64,000 nucleotides of DNA from NCBI GenBank assembly GCA_023213395.1, contig CM041465.1:174289741-174353740 (forward strand), in the 5' to 3' direction. The notes under the pieces are model-generated. The model had not been told where the DNA came from, ran no database searches, and worked only from the letters and a program-made list of their open reading frames with translations. The position numbers and the translations under genes are program-made. This document shows, one piece after another, positions 25,301-38,078 of the stretch; the first letter of the stretch is position 1, and the number at the start of each line of letters is the position of its first letter. Origin of the DNA: Cycas panzhihuaensis. Its lineage: Eukaryota > Plantae > Cycadophyta.

Positions 25301-27528
25301 TCTTCCGGGTAAGGAAGTACAGGATCTGACAGGAGTTTGTAAAGATCATTACATCTGACTCCTTTTCCAACAATTTTTCCATCTTTCTTCATATCTAGAA
25401 TGTGGCAGTTCCCTTCTTCATCAAAAATGGTTCTGAAACCCTTTTTGCTCAATTGAGAGACAGAGAGGAGATTCATTTTTAGATCTGGTACAAACAAAAC
25501 ATTTCCAATTCTTTTTCATTTCCATCCAAATTCTTGAAATAGTTCCAATCCCTTTTATATTAAGGGAATACTTGTCACCAGTTCTCTTGATTTGTCCATA
25601 TTGTAGGGATTCATGGTTTGAAACCATTCTTCCCGACTTGTCATATGTTTGGAGGCTCCTGAATCTATGTACCATATGTCTTTGTCTTTCATCTAGGTAA
25701 CCAATCTTTGTGATGAATCCGTCTCTTCTTCTTCCTCTTCCTCTTTGTCCTTTTCTTTGCTGTAACCTCCAATAGGCCGCTTTCCTTTCTGAATTTCACT
25801 TCGTCTTTGTGGGCACTGATATGGATAGTGTCCACTTTGTCTGCAGTAGCAGCATATGTCAAAGATTCTACAACTGTTGGCGAAATGTCCGGTTCTTCCA
25901 CAGTTGTAGCAGACTCTGTTTTCTCTGCCGCGTCCTCATCCTCGTCCTCTGGAACTTTGCCAGCGTCCTCGCCCCCGGAAGTCTAATGTTCTGCTTGGCC
26001 CTCAAAATTGTTGTCTTCCTCTTGGCCCGAGATTCAGTCTGGACGCAAATGCATCCTCCAATTCTGTCGTGTTTTCATATCTTTACATTTCTCTGTTCTT
26101 GTCTTAATAATAAACCTGTCAATTCATCAAGAGTTAATTTGTCTAACCTATCACTGTCTGTGATAGTGTTGACAATTGTGTCAAATGACTTTGGCAGTCT
26201 TCTTTATTACAATTTCCACAAGGTCTTGTTCAAATTAGGCCACCAAGACTCAAGAGATTATTTCTCACGATGATTTTATGCATAAATTCTTCTACCTCTT
26301 CATTTTCTCTCATGTGAAGCTTGTACAACTCTTCTTTGAGTGCAATTATTCTTGCCTTATTCTTTGTCCATATAAATTTTCCAAGCATTTCCAGATTTCA
26401 GATGCTTGATTCAATTTTTTGACATAAACGAGGACAGAATCAGAAATGGACATTTTTAATGTGAGACTGGCCATATTATTTCTTTCAATCCAATTTCCTA
26501 GCTTGTCATCGCCAACTGGAGGACGTTTTTCTGTCCCTTCAGCAATTTCCCAGGGATTTTTCACCCTCAAAATTGTTTCTATTTTAATTTTCCATACATG
26601 ATAATTTGAACCAATTAATTTTTCTGGCTCAGGTGGAGAGATGAGGGAGGAAGACATTATTTTTCAAGTCAAAGGACAGGATTTGAAGTCTGTCCGTACG
26701 GAACCCTAGGTGTACGGGCAAAACACAAATGTACCTTAAATCAAAGGTCTTTCAGTCGCCTTTCCAGAACTGAAGACGGTTTTTCAAAAAAATTACTCAG
26801 AAAAAAGAAATCTGGCTCAGAATGAAAATCGGCGGCTAGGGCAGAAAATCGTATTTGAAGAAAATACTGTGAAAAAACTGAAAAAATGTCTTCGAATCTG
26901 ACTGGAATCTTTATGTACTGTCACTAAGAAGGATTTAGGACAGAAAATACCCGATACTAAGAGCAGATCGATGAGATTTTTGAGATATTCTCCTCAATCC
27001 CACGCGGACTGGTTCAAGGGCTTTTTGGCCTGCAAAACGGCTTCAAATCGCTCGACTCCAGTAGAAAAAAGTCTTCAGCATGCCTTGATCTAGGTCTCCA
27101 CCAAGTTTCGCTCCAATTTGACACTTTGAAAATTTTTAGGTAATAAAATGCGTGTCCAGACAAGACCGTGCAGTTCCGCATACGAGGATAGTAATGATCT
27201 TTGGCGGTACAAAAACCCCAACCGCCTTGTGCGCCTTACACCTTTGGTCGAGTTTTCTTTGCGTAAGAAATAGTCTCCAGATGATCAGTTAGACTGACCT
27301 GCTCTGATACCATGTAGAAAAACAGAGCATAACTTAAACAGAGAAGAAAAGAGTACTTGATATTATTGAGATTCAATCTCCTTAAGTGTACATCAATGAT
27401 GTGATGGTTACAACTTCTAATGTAACCGATCACTCTCAGACTGCCAAGTGTCATGATCTTATGAGTACATTAAGGGTGGTCCTAACATGACCCCCTTTCT
27501 TTTCTAGATAAAACATTATATCTCAACA
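22352..27528 (-). mobile_element. Full-length Ty1/Copia element E (5.18 kb), related to D
   Basis: 216-bp LTRs 22352-22567 and 27313-27528 (6 differences); TSD CATTC at 22347-22351 and 27529-27533; perfect PBS 27301-27312; PPT AGAGGGGG. Confidence 0.97.
22575..26657 (-). pseudogene. Copia E gag-pol, heavily frameshifted in this assembly
   Basis: ORF fragments 26346-26657 (gag), 25141-25497 (pre-INT), 23438-23722 (VYVDDML), 23021-23368 and 22575-23126 (RH, TKHIEVHHHFIRE). Confidence 0.9.
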
Positions 27529-29469
27529 CATTCAACGACGTGAAGTCGATAACCCATGACCCAACAATTATACTAGTAGATGAAGTGTCACATAGTATAA
27601 CTAAAATTGTAATGGCAATGAATTGAGAAATAGTTCTTTGAGTTAGTTGCTAAACTGTTAATAAAAAGGAAGAGAACAAGAAGGATGGATCAAACCTTGA
27701 GTTTATAGAGGTGGGAACTAGGCTATCCAAACCCCTGGAAGTGTAAAATTAGGCCTTAGCTTAGTTTTTATGAAGTGAGGATTATTTTCACAACCCATGG
27801 TTGTAAACAAGTTAAATCTCCTATAATAAAATGAACTTTATTCCATTTCTTGCATTGTCTCTTATCACATCCAAAATCATATCAGAGCCATGCCTTATAT
27901 TAGAATTATTGGTATCAGAGTGATATGAACCTCATAAGAGTTGTTGGACAATATATTTGAATAGTTTGGACTTGAGTGAAGTATAATAAGGACAGGCAAG
28001 CACCTTTGAATCCACCTCTACTAAGAGGAAGATTTCAAAGAACCAAAAGTAAAGGAGCATAGGAAATGTTGATAAATGAAGAAATTTCCTCAAGCCCAAG
28101 TTTTGTAGAAGCAGGAATGGAGGATGTTTAGGAGGAATTAGATAATTTCTGAGGAGAAATAAGGGGCCAAATGTGTCAAATGATGTGAATGTTGTGGAAA
28201 TTGAAGGCAAAGCCTTTGTTGATAGTGTAGTTGAGTGCAAGCCTTAACATACTTGACTTGCTTAGTATAGCCATGACCTAAATGATGGAAACAAAGATGG
28301 AGATATTTGTATATGATGGTAGGAGAGATGTAGAAATAATTAACAATTAACTAAGACAATTAGAAGTCTATATTCTTATTAAAATTATATGGAGCAACGA
28401 AAGGCAACTTTTGCCACATTAAGATGACGTGACATGCACTACTACGGTGGGAGAACCTAGTACAAAGACAGAAGTAGTAAGCAAATTTCCCCAGGGCACA
28501 TCCTACCCCATAGACCATCTTAGAAATGTATAGTTGCAATAATAGTATATGAGACAAAGCTTGGGACAAAGTGTATAGTCCTATTTTGAAGAATTCTAGC
28601 AACAAACTATCAAATTGCAGACTGCTAATGATGACTAAATCTTGGTGATGAAATACATGGGAGGCTTCTACTCTCATATTCAGAAGGAATTAGAATTGTT
28701 AGAGGTTCAAAGTTATGAGGAAGCAATAAGAAAAGCTTCCCTAGTTAAAGGCAAATTAAAGGGAAGATCACTCCTCTTCTCACAAAACCTTTCAAATGGG
28801 CAAGTACATCTAAAAGAAGTTATCAAGAGAGAAGAGGATCTTGGCAAGATGAAAGGAGACCCAATACCAGCTAGAGACCATTTGAAGGAAGGAAAGAGAG
28901 CTTCCATGGAAATTGCAAGAGGCTCGGGTATATCGATGCAAATTATTGGAGGCTACATCTTGAAAAGAGGCCAAAGGAGACCTTGAAGGGTCAAGTAGAA
29001 AAAGAAGAGTTGTTTAGAACATAGAATCGGGGGACAAAGAGTGAATCTTGTTGGTTGACTATTCAAAAGAGAGACTTTTTAGAGTAAAGATGAGTCAACT
29101 AGAAATTGGCTGGTGCACTTTTCGATCCAAGGAGTTGGGAGAACTTTACTTTTGTGGCAATTGTTAAGGAATTTGGTTTGTCAACCAAACCATACCCCAA
29201 GCCATATACATTGGGATGGCTCAAAAAAGGAGCAAAAGAGAAAATTATGCGATAATGTCAACTCAAAATTTCCATTGCAAATAAATATGTTGATGAGGTT
29301 AATTGTGGTGTAGTTCCATTGGATGTATGTGGAATTGTTCTCAACAATCCATACCTTTGGGACAAACACGGTATATACCAAAGCAGGCTAAACCAATATA
29401 TGCTTGTAAAGGATGGGCAACCTTTTGTGGGAAGGAAATAGGTTATGTTGGAGAACAAGAGGTAAAATT

Positions 29470-32290
29470 GTCATGATAGTCATATAATGGGCATTGTTGT
29501 TAAATGCAAGGTGCGTGGTAGGAGAAATTGTGAAATGGGGCTTGATTCATATGAATTATATACATGAATCACATAGGAGATATGCATAGTGAATGAAGGG
29601 CAAGGTGAGGGCTGTAAGTGGCCAAAAAAATGAACCAAGGGCATTTGGAGAAGAGGAGTAGGGTATGAAGGTTGAAGTATGAGAGAAGTAGACTAGATAT
29701 GTATTAAACTAGACAGATATGTAGATAGATTTGTAGGTAATGGAGGATAAGTGTCATGGGAATTATAGAAAAATTGATGGAATGAATAGGGGATAAGGGT
29801 TAGACATTCTTTGTGAGAAAGGGGTCTTGATAAGTGTTCTAGGACAAGTGTTGAATTGTATGAAGGAATTGATGGGGGAAAAGAATGTTGTTTGTAAGCA
29901 TGTTTAGGAGGTGGAGATGGACAGGTCAAGGATTTATAAGCGAGGAGAGCATCTTTTGAAGTAGGAGATAAAACTTGATGAAGGGAGAGTGGCATGTACA
30001 AGGAAAAATGAGGTCTATGAAGAAAAGGAATTAATGAGCAACTTGTATTGATAAAAGATGGGTGGATATGCAATAGGTAATGAAGTGTAAGCATGATGGG
30101 ATGTCTTGGGGCTAAGCACATCTGAAGGGTTTGTAGGGAAATAAGGAAGGAGGGGATGTTTTATATGAGGACGAGAGATAATGATAATGAAAATCATGTA
30201 CTTTTTCCTTTGATAATTTCATAGGGAATGAGACATGATGCGTAAGGGGTGATATATGGGAGTCATTAAGAGCAATTGGGATCTCGCCTACTAAGAATTG
30301 AGAATAGAAGGCATTAGGGTACAACTCAACTGGAAGCTTTTCTTGAGTGTAGGGTGTGGGCATTTCTATTGCTATGGAATGTGGGAATTCAATTAAGCTG
30401 CCAAATGGAATGGACAATTGCAAAACAGGATTTGACTTCACAACAATTACGTCATTGGCGTTGGTGTCTTGCTCCAATTTTACTGCTGGTTCTTCATTTT
30501 GCTTGAATATTAACTCCTCTTTGTTTAGTCCAAGTTCACCAATCTATCTTTGATTTGATTATCAATGAACTCTTCATTTTCAGTATCCTACATCTGTGTA
30601 AGTTGCATTTCTTGTTGAGATGTGCGCTCCTCCTTTGTTGGAATTTCCTTCTTTCTATCAGGTGCTATATTTTTAAGCTTTCTTTTGTTGTGCAAATGCA
30701 TAGATTGTAGGTAATTAAAACATGCTCGAAATCACTCCTAAAACGTCAAATTTCTATAGTTATCTAGATACTTTTGAAGTGCTTTGTTAGGCCGCATTGT
30801 AGATGTTGCCATCTTGCATGCGGGGCTTCAAAATGAAGTATCAACTTCAAACTGATATTATTTTAGCAAATTAGCTCCAAATTTCATAATCCAATAGTCC
30901 AAAATGATGGCATCAGGATTCCCCCGGATCACAAGTTATTGCTGAAAATGCATAGCTACCTCCTTATGAAAATGAAATTGAGTGAATATAGGATTTTAGC
31001 CCCTTTCACTTGTTAGGCCTTGGTTGTCTATAACCTACACATAACCAACCACTAATTTGTTGGGGACTAGTGGATTTCAAATGGAACTCTGATCCAGTTT
31101 AATCAAACAAAAACATTGTTAAAAAAAAATGGTAAGATTAAAATTAATACTCTATTTCACATGTGGTCAACACGTGCTTGTACTATGGTCAAAGGGATAC
31201 TGTGATGATCGATGGGCGAATAGATCATTGAAATTACCATGGATCGATCACTTGGGCATTGACATAGTGTCATGTAGTGGCAAATTGCTTGGCGGAAGAT
31301 TTCTTCATAGGGAAATATTTGGCGGGTGATGTCTATGGGTGAGGAACAATATGCAATGATGGTAGGTGACGAGCAAGATGCTCATGGAAGGGTGCAACAA
31401 GCAATCATCCATGCTAACACAGATAGACCCAAATGACATAGGAGGAGTTGGCGAGTTCACACAGAAATTGTGATCTTCAACATAGATAGCAACATGTCAA
31501 TCAATGAATAAAGGGCACCACGAAAGCTTGGCGACTGGGATTCATGAAGCCAACATAGAGGCGAATCATGCACATTTGATGGAACAGTCAAATGATCACA
31601 GATGAACTTAGGCAAGCGAGTTTCCAACAGAGGCACATAGTCTACAATAGAGCTCATAGTCTTCAATACAGAGCAACTTTACGTAGTCGAGCACAAGCGA
31701 CCGAAGGAGATCATCCATGGGTGTGGTAGAAGAGCTGCAACATATGCACAGAAATTCAATGGCAATGAAACATGACAGTGCTTCACCACGGATGGGCAGA
31801 AGCCATGCAACAACACATAGGTGAAGACACATTCCTCACACAGGTAGGGCAAGCTCAGACAGATTTAGTGAACAACACAGGTGGCTTCTCACAACACAAC
31901 TGAGAACAGCTGCTATTCACGTATTCTTCAAGGGGGAAGCTATCAGCATCATGAACCTTCTTCCTTCACCTGTAAACAATCCAACACAATAGCGACAAGG
32001 CATGAACATGGCTCTGATACCGATTGTGACAAGCCCAACAACAACAAATCAATATTTAGATAATTCAATTTTAATATCAAATGAATATCAAAGAATATCT
32101 TAGATACAACAGATAATTAGAGATTGAATAGAGGCAAAATGCCCAAGGCACAAAAGTGCCAAATGGAATTACTCCATAATGAAAGAATAATAATAATGAT
32201 GATGAATGAGTATTGCCCCCTTATTTATAGCGACATGGTGGACATTATCTCTCTTAAAAAAATTGACTTCCTATTTTCTCTCAAAATAGC
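29470..32290 (-). mobile_element. Truncated non-autonomous LTR element G inside F
   Basis: Degenerate PBS (GGCTCTGATACC, 32010-32021) followed by TGTGAC at 32025 and a minus-strand CTATAAATAAGGGG TATA at ~32217-32230. Pro/His-rich ORF 30112-30477 resembles 46987-47439. Boundaries approximate; no second LTR seen. Confidence 0.5.
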
Positions 32291-32751
32291 TTTGTGATAG
32301 TGACCAAGTATGGCTTCACCAACCACATGAGTGCTTCACTAAGGAGCGCTAAAAGATATGACCCATAAGATATGGTCCCTTCAAAATAATAGAACAAGTT
32401 GGAAATAATACCTTTAAGCTCGATCTACCACCTTATATGGGAATATATCCTGTCGTTAATGTGAATAGCTTTAAACTGTTTGAGCCTTCAATGTTGGAGA
32501 AAGACAAAGATGAGGTAATCCTACCATAACTAGGAATTCATTCTTGAAGACACGCTAATCCTACAAGTCGACAACACCCTTTAAACAAAGGAAAGAATGA
32601 TGCAATAAGGGTGATTGGAACTCTTCAAGATTAGCAAGAAAGGCCAACTACCCTAGTTTGGAAAACGGTACACCAAGAAGCAAATAGAGAAGGAATTTCC
32701 AGAAATATACCATAGAACAATGGGGACCATCATTACTATGGAGGGTAGGTT

Positions 32752-33245
32752 TGATTTGGAATGAATCCATATGAAGACACAGAGCAGGATGAAAGGAAGT
32801 GACCAATGACATGAATCATAGTGACCGACGATAAATAGGCCAGTGACCAGGGAATAGTAACCAACATCCGGTGACATGAAGTCAACAATGCATGACTGAG
32901 CAATCATACCAGCAGATGAAGAGTGTCGCGCTATGACTGGAATTGTATTAGGCAATGAATAAAAAAACTGTTATCTGAGTGAGTTGCTAAACTGTTAATA
33001 AAATGGAAAAGGACAAGGGGGATGAGTCAGACCTTGAGTTTACGATGGAGGGAATTGGGTTATCCCAACCCCTAGAAGTGTGAAGTTGGTCTTTAGCTTG
33101 GTTTTGAGGAAGTCGGGATTGTTTTCACAACTGCAGTTGTAAACAAGTTAATCTCCTGTAATAAAAGAAACTTTGTTCAATTTCCTGTGCTGTCTCTTGT
33201 TGCGTCCAAAATCGTGATATCAGAACCATGCGCAGACCACATCTA
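32752..33245 (+). repeat. 3' LTR of Gypsy F (right end approximate)
   Basis: Aligns with the interrupted 5' LTR (shared GTTGCTAAACTGTTAATAAA, ACCTTGAGTTTA, GTTGTAAACAAGTTAA). Confidence 0.8.
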
Positions 33246-33249
33246 TCCA

Positions 33250-33800
33250 CTTTCTTCATCCACAAATATAAATTATAGTCGGTGAAAGAAAGCCATCCTC
33301 TTTCAGCCCTATATCATTTTTGGAGTCCTGGTTCTGATTTTTGCCCAGAATTTGTCATATGGCTTTAAGGATGACTAGTATTTATTAAATAATTTGATGT
33401 CCTTCATACATTCCAACATATGCCTTCCTGGGAGCATGTCAAACGTCTTTATGAAGTCAATAAAACAGTAGAATAAGTCTTCTTTTTTATTCCAACTTTC
33501 CTTTCTGTTGCTCATAAGGTCAATATTTGATTCATTGTTGCCTTCATTTCCTGTTGCTCTAACCCTATTTGATTTCTTCTCATTTGCTGTTTTTTTTCAG
33601 TGATAGTTCTGAATGCTTTTTCTATTAGCGAGTTTCTTTGATATCATGATTGTCCTATGATTGGTGGATTAGCTTGGTCACCACATTTATGGAGAGGGTC
33701 CAAGAGGTTTGTAGTCCATTCTGTAGGGGTTCCTTTATGACCAATTAATAGTGGGAGATGGGAATTTAATTTGGAAAAAAAAATCCTAGTCCTTAAGGAT
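33250..33800 (-). mobile_element. Decayed RTE-like LINE ORF2, piece 1 (early RT domains)
   Basis: Minus strand: PLHKCGD..NHRTIMI (~33640-33700), CFIDFIKTFD (33467-33438), IGLKEDGFLSPT (33312-33277; decayed GVKQGCPLSP). Confidence 0.75.
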
Positions 33801-34399
33801 GTAAGTTTCAATCCAGTGGCACTCTAATCTGATTCCATAAAGAGAAATTGAGGCAATGTAGTATTAAAGGGATCTTGACGCGGTAAAGGATATGAGCAGC
33901 GATTAAGGTATGTTTAGGTAGGAGTCACAAAGCGACAAAAGAGGTATGGGTATAACCAGAAGAATGTGGGTGTGCGAAGAAGAGTTAACCTTGCATTCCT
34001 CTCAATTTGTAACCAACCCCTTCTCTTCTTGAGCTCATTATACTGATTTCCCCATTAATGATCAAGCACAGGGGTATTCTGTTTGCTATGTACTTCATTG
34101 TTAATGTTCAAAAGACATTGTTTTTTTCGTGAGCACTTTATAGTTGGAAATAAAAACATCTCTTGGAAGGAATCTCGGTGCTTTGCAAGGTGAGCCTGAA
34201 TCCAATCACACATTCTAATGTAGTTCCATAAATATCCTTATTTAAGCAAACAAATACTGAATATCAGTGTCTCACAAATCCCAGTCAGATGCAAGGGCAG
34301 CTGTTGGGTTTCAGAAAACCAAACACACTTTATTTAATTTTTCTTTCAATATAGTTGTTGTATCTTTGGTGACTGTCTTTTTATTTTATTCTAATGCAG

Positions 34400-34429
34400 A
34401 GTAGTGCAAAGAAGGCTAAGGCGGCATAA
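34400..34429 (+). CDS. Candidate terminal coding exon of an unidentified host gene (SSAKKAKAA*), followed by a 3'UTR-like tract
   Basis: T-rich tract and TGCAG acceptor (AG 34398-34399), then AGT AGT GCA AAG AAG GCT AAG GCG GCA TAA and non-repetitive UG-rich sequence. Phase is assumed. Confidence 0.4.
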   Translation, partial: SSAKKAKAA

Positions 34430-36758
34430 ACAGCGAGATGTTTGGTTGTTTCTTGAAAGCTATGTTGGTATAATAACCTTGCTCGGCTGCTGTAAGTAGG
34501 GGTCATGATGCCAGTTGTTGCTCCTGTACGTATGTAGGGAAGCAGGAAACAAAATAATTGGTGATCAATTTTGCTATGTAGAATCGCTTACTGATGCTTC
34601 TCTTTTTGATGAGCTGCTTTTAGCCCTCTGAATTCTCTCTGGTAGCTTATGATGCTGTCTGTATTGATTGATTCATGTACTTTTTAACATCTGTACAAAA
34701 GGACTAAGGCCAGGGTTAGAGTGCTGGTAATATATATGTAACACGATGCATTTGTTGCAAGATGAACTGAAGGGGGTGCCTTCAGTAAAGATTTCAGCTT
34801 ATAAGGCATCTAATTATTCATAATTTTAACTACCAATACGTCTGTCCCTATTACTTTTTATCTATAAATGACATAATAGTAGAAGCCCAAGGGTTTTCAG
34901 TATTGTATCCTATGATTGATTCTTGCCCCTTGGATTCTTTGTGGATGGGATTGGTCTATTTGCAATTAATTGATTCTAACTGCTTGTCAATTTGTTACCA
35001 AGAATTATCTTCCTACGGACAAGCACGCCAACCAGTCTCTTAAGAGGTTATCCTTTGTAACTATTGGTCAGCGCTTTAGCAAAAACATGTAACACCTTTT
35101 AAGCTACTTGTCGATGTGACATTCACTCTCTCTCTAATACTTGCCCTATGGATTGTTCTAATGTAACTGGGAATTGTATTGCAAGTGTGCATTAGGCTAT
35201 TCTCTGAATAATCACATGGCGTGCTTGGATAAGATCCCTCACCTGAATTGTGTTCCAATTAGTGGCCCTATTAACGAAAGCTTAATCAATATGAACAAAC
35301 TAAATGAATTCATCTCAGTTCTCTCTGGTCATCAACAATTTATGAATGAGGTATTTCACCAAGTCTTCAGTCAGGGATGACAGATTGGTACAATGTGCAC
35401 TTGAGCCTATGATCTGTACTTTTTATCTTTAATATTATATCAACATGACAAACATGCCACAGTGATTGTAATTTTATCATGCTTTTTAGCACAGGTATAC
35501 AAATGCATTACCTGTCAGGGTGGGATTATATTAGATGGTTGGCGTGTATATTACTGCAAGGAAACCACCTTATAAGTCATGTCTTGGGAACTGCCCAAAG
35601 CAAAAAAATGGGGGTAATCATCATTAGCTGCCTCTGCAATTCCACAGAAATATGAACTTTGCTTTGTGTGAGTCCATAAATGGAGATTTTTCTTAGTTTC
35701 TAATATGTTTTATCGTCAACCATCCCTTTCTAAAGTCAACTTGTTAGATAACATTTTGTTTGGGTTATCATGCCTTTTTTAATATCCTAAAAATTTGCAT
35801 TCAAGTACAAAAAACTAGTGTATGATGTCTTGGTTGTTCTAGTATCATCTGTATGTTTGTGTGCATGTACCACTGGAGTAAGAGTGAGCTAGAGAAGAGC
35901 ACGGAGAATGGATGTCTCTGAAAAACTTGCACGTTGGTTAAATAAGAGTGACGTATGACCTGCCATTTCATTTCTTTGGCTTTTCATCTCCAAGTCCTTA
36001 TTTCATGGTCATAAAGGTAGGGGCAGTCATGGTTATGTATTATATGTGCATGCATTTAATAGGACTTTGTTTTGTTGTTCTAAATCTAGCTTTGCACAAG
36101 GAACATGGAATTATGGTCTCATTTTGAAACTAATTTCCAGTCACAATGAATGATTATGAGGAGGTGTGGGTGAATATGAAAGCTTTTGTAATGATCGAAG
36201 TTGCATAAAATTTTCTTTATAATAAAGTGTCCAACATTTAATATTACCTTTGACTTTTCTTCAAAGGTTTCTTCAAACGTGCTTTGATCTGAAAAATGGT
36301 GTAAAAATGTAATCGCTCTTGATTTTAGGAAGTAAATGAGGTACTTACCAGTACCACCTATAGATTAGAGTTGGAAGTATATTAGGCCATCTGGTTTGTT
36401 ATTTCTTCTATGGCCAACACAAAATGAGATATGATCATATATAGGCTCTTATTTGAAAAATGGTGCAAATATGACACATGGGCTAGTTTAAAATATTCCC
36501 CCATCTAAAAAATTGTGAACATGTGATTACTTTCAACTTTAAAATGAAAATGGGGAGGGTCAAAGATATGGTTTGAATATAGGAACAAAAATCTTAATCG
36601 CTGCCCCGATCTGAGGTGATTTAAGGAACTAAAGCCCGCAAATCCTTAGTTCACTTATTTAAGATAAAACGGAAAAGTTATTGGTCAACCTTACTGTTAC
36701 CACTTCAAATAGTCTCGCTAAATTTTGCTACTTAGTTTTCAAATACATTAGAGGAGCC

Positions 36759-38078
36759 TTTTTTTTTTATTTGTTAAAAAAACATGCTTCATTATATTGA
36801 AAAATTACAATCATAACACAACAAAAAAACTGGGGAGAGAATGTCAGCCCCACCATCCCCTACATGAAATCTTAGCAGAAACACCTACGGACTCAGCAGC
36901 TTTGAATGTTGAAGTTTGCCTGCCAAGTGGAAAACACAAGGTCTATTGAATATCGCAGGCATGGAACAACCTTCAGAGGCTGCTAGGTATCTAAAGAAAT
37001 CACGTAGATCCAGTCATATGCAACGAGTAAATCCAAAGGCTGCTAGACTTAACGTACCACAAAGAACTCTTGCAAAAAGAGCCACCAAGAGAACCGCAGG
37101 TATGGAGCGAGCTCCAAAGGCTGTTAGGCAATCAAAGAAAGGTACTGGTAGGCACCCAACAAGCAAAAAGAAACAGGTGGGTAGTTGTTAATGAGCTGTA
37201 GGCATCACCAAACCTGCAAGCTAAGTCGATATCACTGGTAACAAGAGCCAATGGAAGTTGGGCTCTTGCCATCCACGATAGACTCCAGTGCGGGCTAGAG
37301 GCCAATCTCATGAGCGTAAGACTCTGTCCTAGCGTATCGGTGGGCCCTAAATCCCCATTCTTAACCTTTTGGGCCATCATAAGGCTAGACATATTACTTG
37401 TAGATGCCAAAGGGGCTTCATCAAAAGACGTATGCTCTACCTTTCTCATAGTCGCAAAGCATCTCGAGACAAGGGCTCTTTTGGAGCACCACTCTTTCGA
37501 ATTGTTGTCAAGGACCAGGCTGAGTTACCTAAGCCTAAAGGGCGTATCAACACCAAGCATTGTTGAAAGCCCACTACGTATCACCTCAACCAGCTCGGTA
37601 ATACTAGCCTCCGCCTTGCCGTGATGTGAAACAAAGAGACGCTAGACCGATAATAAGGCAAGACACAACACATCTTCATATAAAACACGAAACCCTAACT
37701 CCAAGTAAGCTCCATATGAGACCCAAACAGAGAGTAGAAAACCTCCCTATTCGCCAGTATTAATGAACTCAAACAAAGAAGCCCTATAAAGCATTCTTGC
37801 ATCTCGCGAGGAATCAAATGCAAGAAACGCTAGAAATTAGACTAGAGCAGAAGACAATGTTGCCTAAACCACAAAATCCTCCACACTCTCCATGAAAACG
37901 TCCTCTGCCTGCGCTCTTCAACATTCCTTGCCTCCTTGTGGGCATCTTAGGGACCTAGAAGAACACATGCAAGAAGAATCCATGGAGAGGCAGGAGGCAG
38001 GAGAGCCAAGTGATCCTCGGCCTTCGCCCACACACTTGCAACCCAACTTCCCTCCATATCTTAAAGATTATAGTTGAG
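36759..38078 (-). mobile_element. Poly(A)-tailed retroposed insert (LINE 3' remnant or non-autonomous retroposon)
   Basis: T10 tract 36759-36768; flanking ATTAGAGGAGCC (36747-36758) and ATTAGAGAAGGC (38079-38090), 10/12 match as TSD; GC-richer than flanks; no RT motif recognised. Confidence 0.55.

Larger units (their letters stand above)
17059..33245 (+). mobile_element. Old chromovirus-like (CRM-type protease) Gypsy element F, internally deleted, host of D, E and G
   Basis: 5' LTR rebuilt from 17059-17084 + 22258-22351 + 27534-~27908 aligns with the 3' LTR 32752-~33245 (both start TGATTTGGAATGAA). PBS TGGTATCAGAG at 27910-27920; protease remnant HPKPY.LGW / VVPLDVCGIVLNNPYLWDK at ~29190-29365; INT tail RYGPFKIIEQVGNNTFKLDLPPYMGIYPVVNV at ~32370-32463; PPT GAGGGTAGG 32741-32749. 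TSD not confirmed. Confidence 0.8.
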
